Assembly: GCF_000392435.1 (NCBI RefSeq)
Contig: NC_021219.1
Span: 690,001-722,000 of the forward strand
Direction of reading: 5' to 3'
Origin: Candidatus Saccharimonas aalborgensis
Lineage (GTDB): Bacteria > Patescibacteriota > Saccharimonadia > Saccharimonadales > Saccharimonadaceae
Length of the DNA stretch: 32,000 nt
In this document: positions 30,103 to 32,000 of the stretch, in pieces
Layout of the letters: the number at the start of each line of letters is the position of its first letter
Numbering within the stretch: the stretch's first letter is position 1
Made by a program: the position numbers and the translations under genes
Notes under the pieces: model-generated
Database searches by the model: none
Told to the model about the DNA's origin: nothing
Seen by the model: the letters and a program-made list of their open reading frames with translations, nothing else

Positions 30103-30857
30103 TCACCGGCCAAAAAACGCCGGTACAAATCGAGGCAATGCGTCAAGGTGGTCGTATTTTAGCTCGTATTTTTGCTGATCTTAGGGATTATGTTCACGCA
30201 GGTCTATCGGAAAAAGAGATCGATGCGTTTGTATCGCAGAAAATTGCTGACTATGGTGCGAGCGCAACATACCTTACTGAAGATGTAAACTTTCCAGGAG
30301 TGATCTGTATCAGTGTAAATGAAGAGATTGTGCATGGTATCCCGACCAATTATGTGCTGCAAAAGGGTGATATTGTGAGTTTTGATCTTGTCATAACCTA
30401 TAAAGAAATGGAGACCGATAGCGCCTTTACGATGATGGTTGATGAGCAGCCGACGGGGGCAGCCAAGCACCTGCTTGCCGCAACAGAGCGTAGCCTCTAT
30501 GCGGGAATCGATGCGATTAAAGGACCGGTCTATACTGGCGATATTTCTGCTGCCATTGAGGCAGTATTGCGGGCGTCAAAATTGGGAATTATCCGTGAGT
30601 TGGTGGGTCATGGTGTCGGGCTCTCGATGCACATGCCACCCGATATACCAAATTATGGCCGAAAAGGTACGGGGGTACTACTGAAACCTGGCGATACCAT
30701 CGCGATTGAGCCGATGGCAACACTTGGGGGTGAAGCGATTGCGCAACTTGATGATGGGTGGACATATGTGACGCGCGACGGGAGTCTTGCGGCTCATTTC
30801 GAGCACACTGTTCTGATTACTGAAAACGGTGCAGAAATCTTAACGTTAGCAGTATAA
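30090..30857 (+). CDS. map: Methionine aminopeptidase
   Basis: IEAMRQGGRILARI, ISVNEEIVHGIPTNYVLQKGDIVSFDL, VGHGVGLSMHMPPDIPNYG, LKPGDTIAIEPMA. Confidence 0.96.
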   Translation: MPELVTGQKTPVQIEAMRQGGRILARIFADLRDYVHAGLSEKEIDAFVSQKIADYGASATYLTEDVNFPGVICISVNEEIVHGIPTNYVLQKGDIVSFDLVITYKEMETDSAFTMMVDEQPTGAAKHLLAATERSLYAGIDAIKGPVYTGDISAAIEAVLRASKLGIIRELVGHGVGLSMHMPPDIPNYGRKGTGVLLKPGDTIAIEPMATLGGEAIAQLDDGWTYVTRDGSLAAHFEHTVLITENGAEILTLAV

Positions 30858-30891
30858 GGTATCCGTAAGCGCTATGCTATAATAGCGGTAT

Positions 30892-32000
30892 ATGCAAGAA
30901 CAAAATCGATATGCAGTCGGTATTGATGTCGGAACAACGATGATTCGTTGCGTGGTGGGACACGTCGATCCGGCGACCGGAACCCCTACGATCGTGGGAG
31001 TCGGACAAGCGCCAAACACAGGAATGAGAAAAGGAACAGTAGTAAATCTCGCCGGTCCAGCACATGCGATCGATGAGGCGCTTGGTGAGGCCGAACGAAT
31101 GAGTGGTTACGAGGTAAACGATGCCACGATGAGTATTAATGGCTCGCACATACTTAGTACGAAAGCCGACGGTATGATTGCTGTCGGGATGGCAGATCAT
31201 GAAATCAATAGTGAAGATTTACGACGCATCGAAGAAGTAGCTACAACAGGCAAGGTGCCCGCTAACCGCGAAATCCTAGAGGTTGTGCCGCATAGTTACA
31301 TACTCGACGGCCAGACGGGCATAAAAGACCCTCTCGGTATGTCGGGTACTCGCCTAGAGATAGATGCAAATGTTATTTCGGCACTGAGTCCGTATGTTTC
31401 TAGTTTGCAAAAAGCAGCCGAAATGGCGACCGTCCACCCCAATGCCCTTGTCGTATCAGTGCTGGCGGCTGCCAAAGCATCGCTTGGTGAGCAACAGATT
31501 GAAAGCGGCGTGGCGGTTGTTGATATCGGCGGAGCCACGACCGGTGTAGCCGTATTTGAAGAGGGTGATCTACAATACGTTGGCATTATACCGATAGGTG
31601 GTGCCAATATTACTAATGATTTGGCGATTGGGCTCAAAGCTGATCCCGAGCTCGCTGAAAAAGTAAAAGTGACCCATGCGGTCGCTGTATCAAGAAAAGA
31701 AAACGAAGGTGTAAGTGTAAAACACGGCGGCGAAGTGATGTCGTTTTCGACCCAGGATATTGATGAGATTGTCGAAGCACGACTTGAAGAACTATTTGAG
31801 GCTGTCCAAAAGGAGTTGAAAAAGGCTGGTAGGGCGGGACAGTTGCCGAGCGGTGTTGTGCTAACTGGTGGAGGTGCCAAACTAAAAGGAATTGCGGAGT
31901 ACGCAAAAGAACAATTAGGGTTAGCGGTGCGTGTCGGTAAACCCGGCGGGTTCGGAGGAGTGGCTGACCAAATAGAAGAGCCGCAGTTTGCGACAGCAGT
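30892..32000 (+). CDS. ftsA: Cell division protein FtsA (3' truncated by window; absent from ORF track because no stop)
   Basis: Manual translation: MQEQNRYAVGIDVGTTMIRCVVGHVDP..., GVAVVDIGGATTGVAVFEEGDLQYVGIIPIGGANITNDLAIGL, VVLTGGGAKLKGIAEYAKEQLG. Confidence 0.92.
   Translation, partial: MQEQNRYAVGIDVGTTMIRCVVGHVDPATGTPTIVGVGQAPNTGMRKGTVVNLAGPAHAIDEALGEAERMSGYEVNDATMSINGSHILSTKADGMIAVGMADHEINSEDLRRIEEVATTGKVPANREILEVVPHSYILDGQTGIKDPLGMSGTRLEIDANVISALSPYVSSLQKAAEMATVHPNALVVSVLAAAKASLGEQQIESGVAVVDIGGATTGVAVFEEGDLQYVGIIPIGGANITNDLAIGLKADPELAEKVKVTHAVAVSRKENEGVSVKHGGEVMSFSTQDIDEIVEARLEELFEAVQKELKKAGRAGQLPSGVVLTGGGAKLKGIAEYAKEQLGLAVRVGKPGGFGGVADQIEEPQFATA

Noticed and set aside
31296-31880. Minus-strand ORF of 194 aa
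   Set aside because: Antisense to ftsA, whose + strand translation has clear actin-like motifs and is open to the window end.

Overview
This 32 kb window looks like a Candidatus Saccharibacteria (TM7/CPR)-type chromosome, judged from 16S signature bases, reduced gene set and gene content. It starts in the 3' end of gyrA and a divergent-PAP2 gene. A dispersed rRNA locus follows: 16S, antisense small membrane ORF, tRNA-Ala/Ile/Val, an unknown 199-aa ORF, 23S with its own promoter, then 5S. Next come accessory and hypothetical genes (KGG protein, HExxH protein, ROK kinase, LPxTG-type surface protein), then rpsA-like and infB. A lineage-specific cluster at 14.8-21.9 kb holds a 1510-aa protein with a GT-A-like C-terminal domain, surrounded by three related small helical proteins. 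The right end is housekeeping: fmt, def, priA, a PRTase-like gene, recJ, rpsU, yqeY-like, adk, map, ftsA. Main points of interest: (1) the giant GT-like protein cluster; (2) repeated leaderless-type gene starts, with a -10 box 6-9 nt before the start codon; (3) two partial duplications of stable-RNA 3' ends (tRNA-Val and 5S), each about 210 bp downstream of the intact gene; (4) a structured ~220-nt insertion in 23S helix 63; (5) protein-coding sequence inserted between 16S and 23S. I found no CRISPR array, transposase or recognisable defence system. All assignments are by eye, with no database search.
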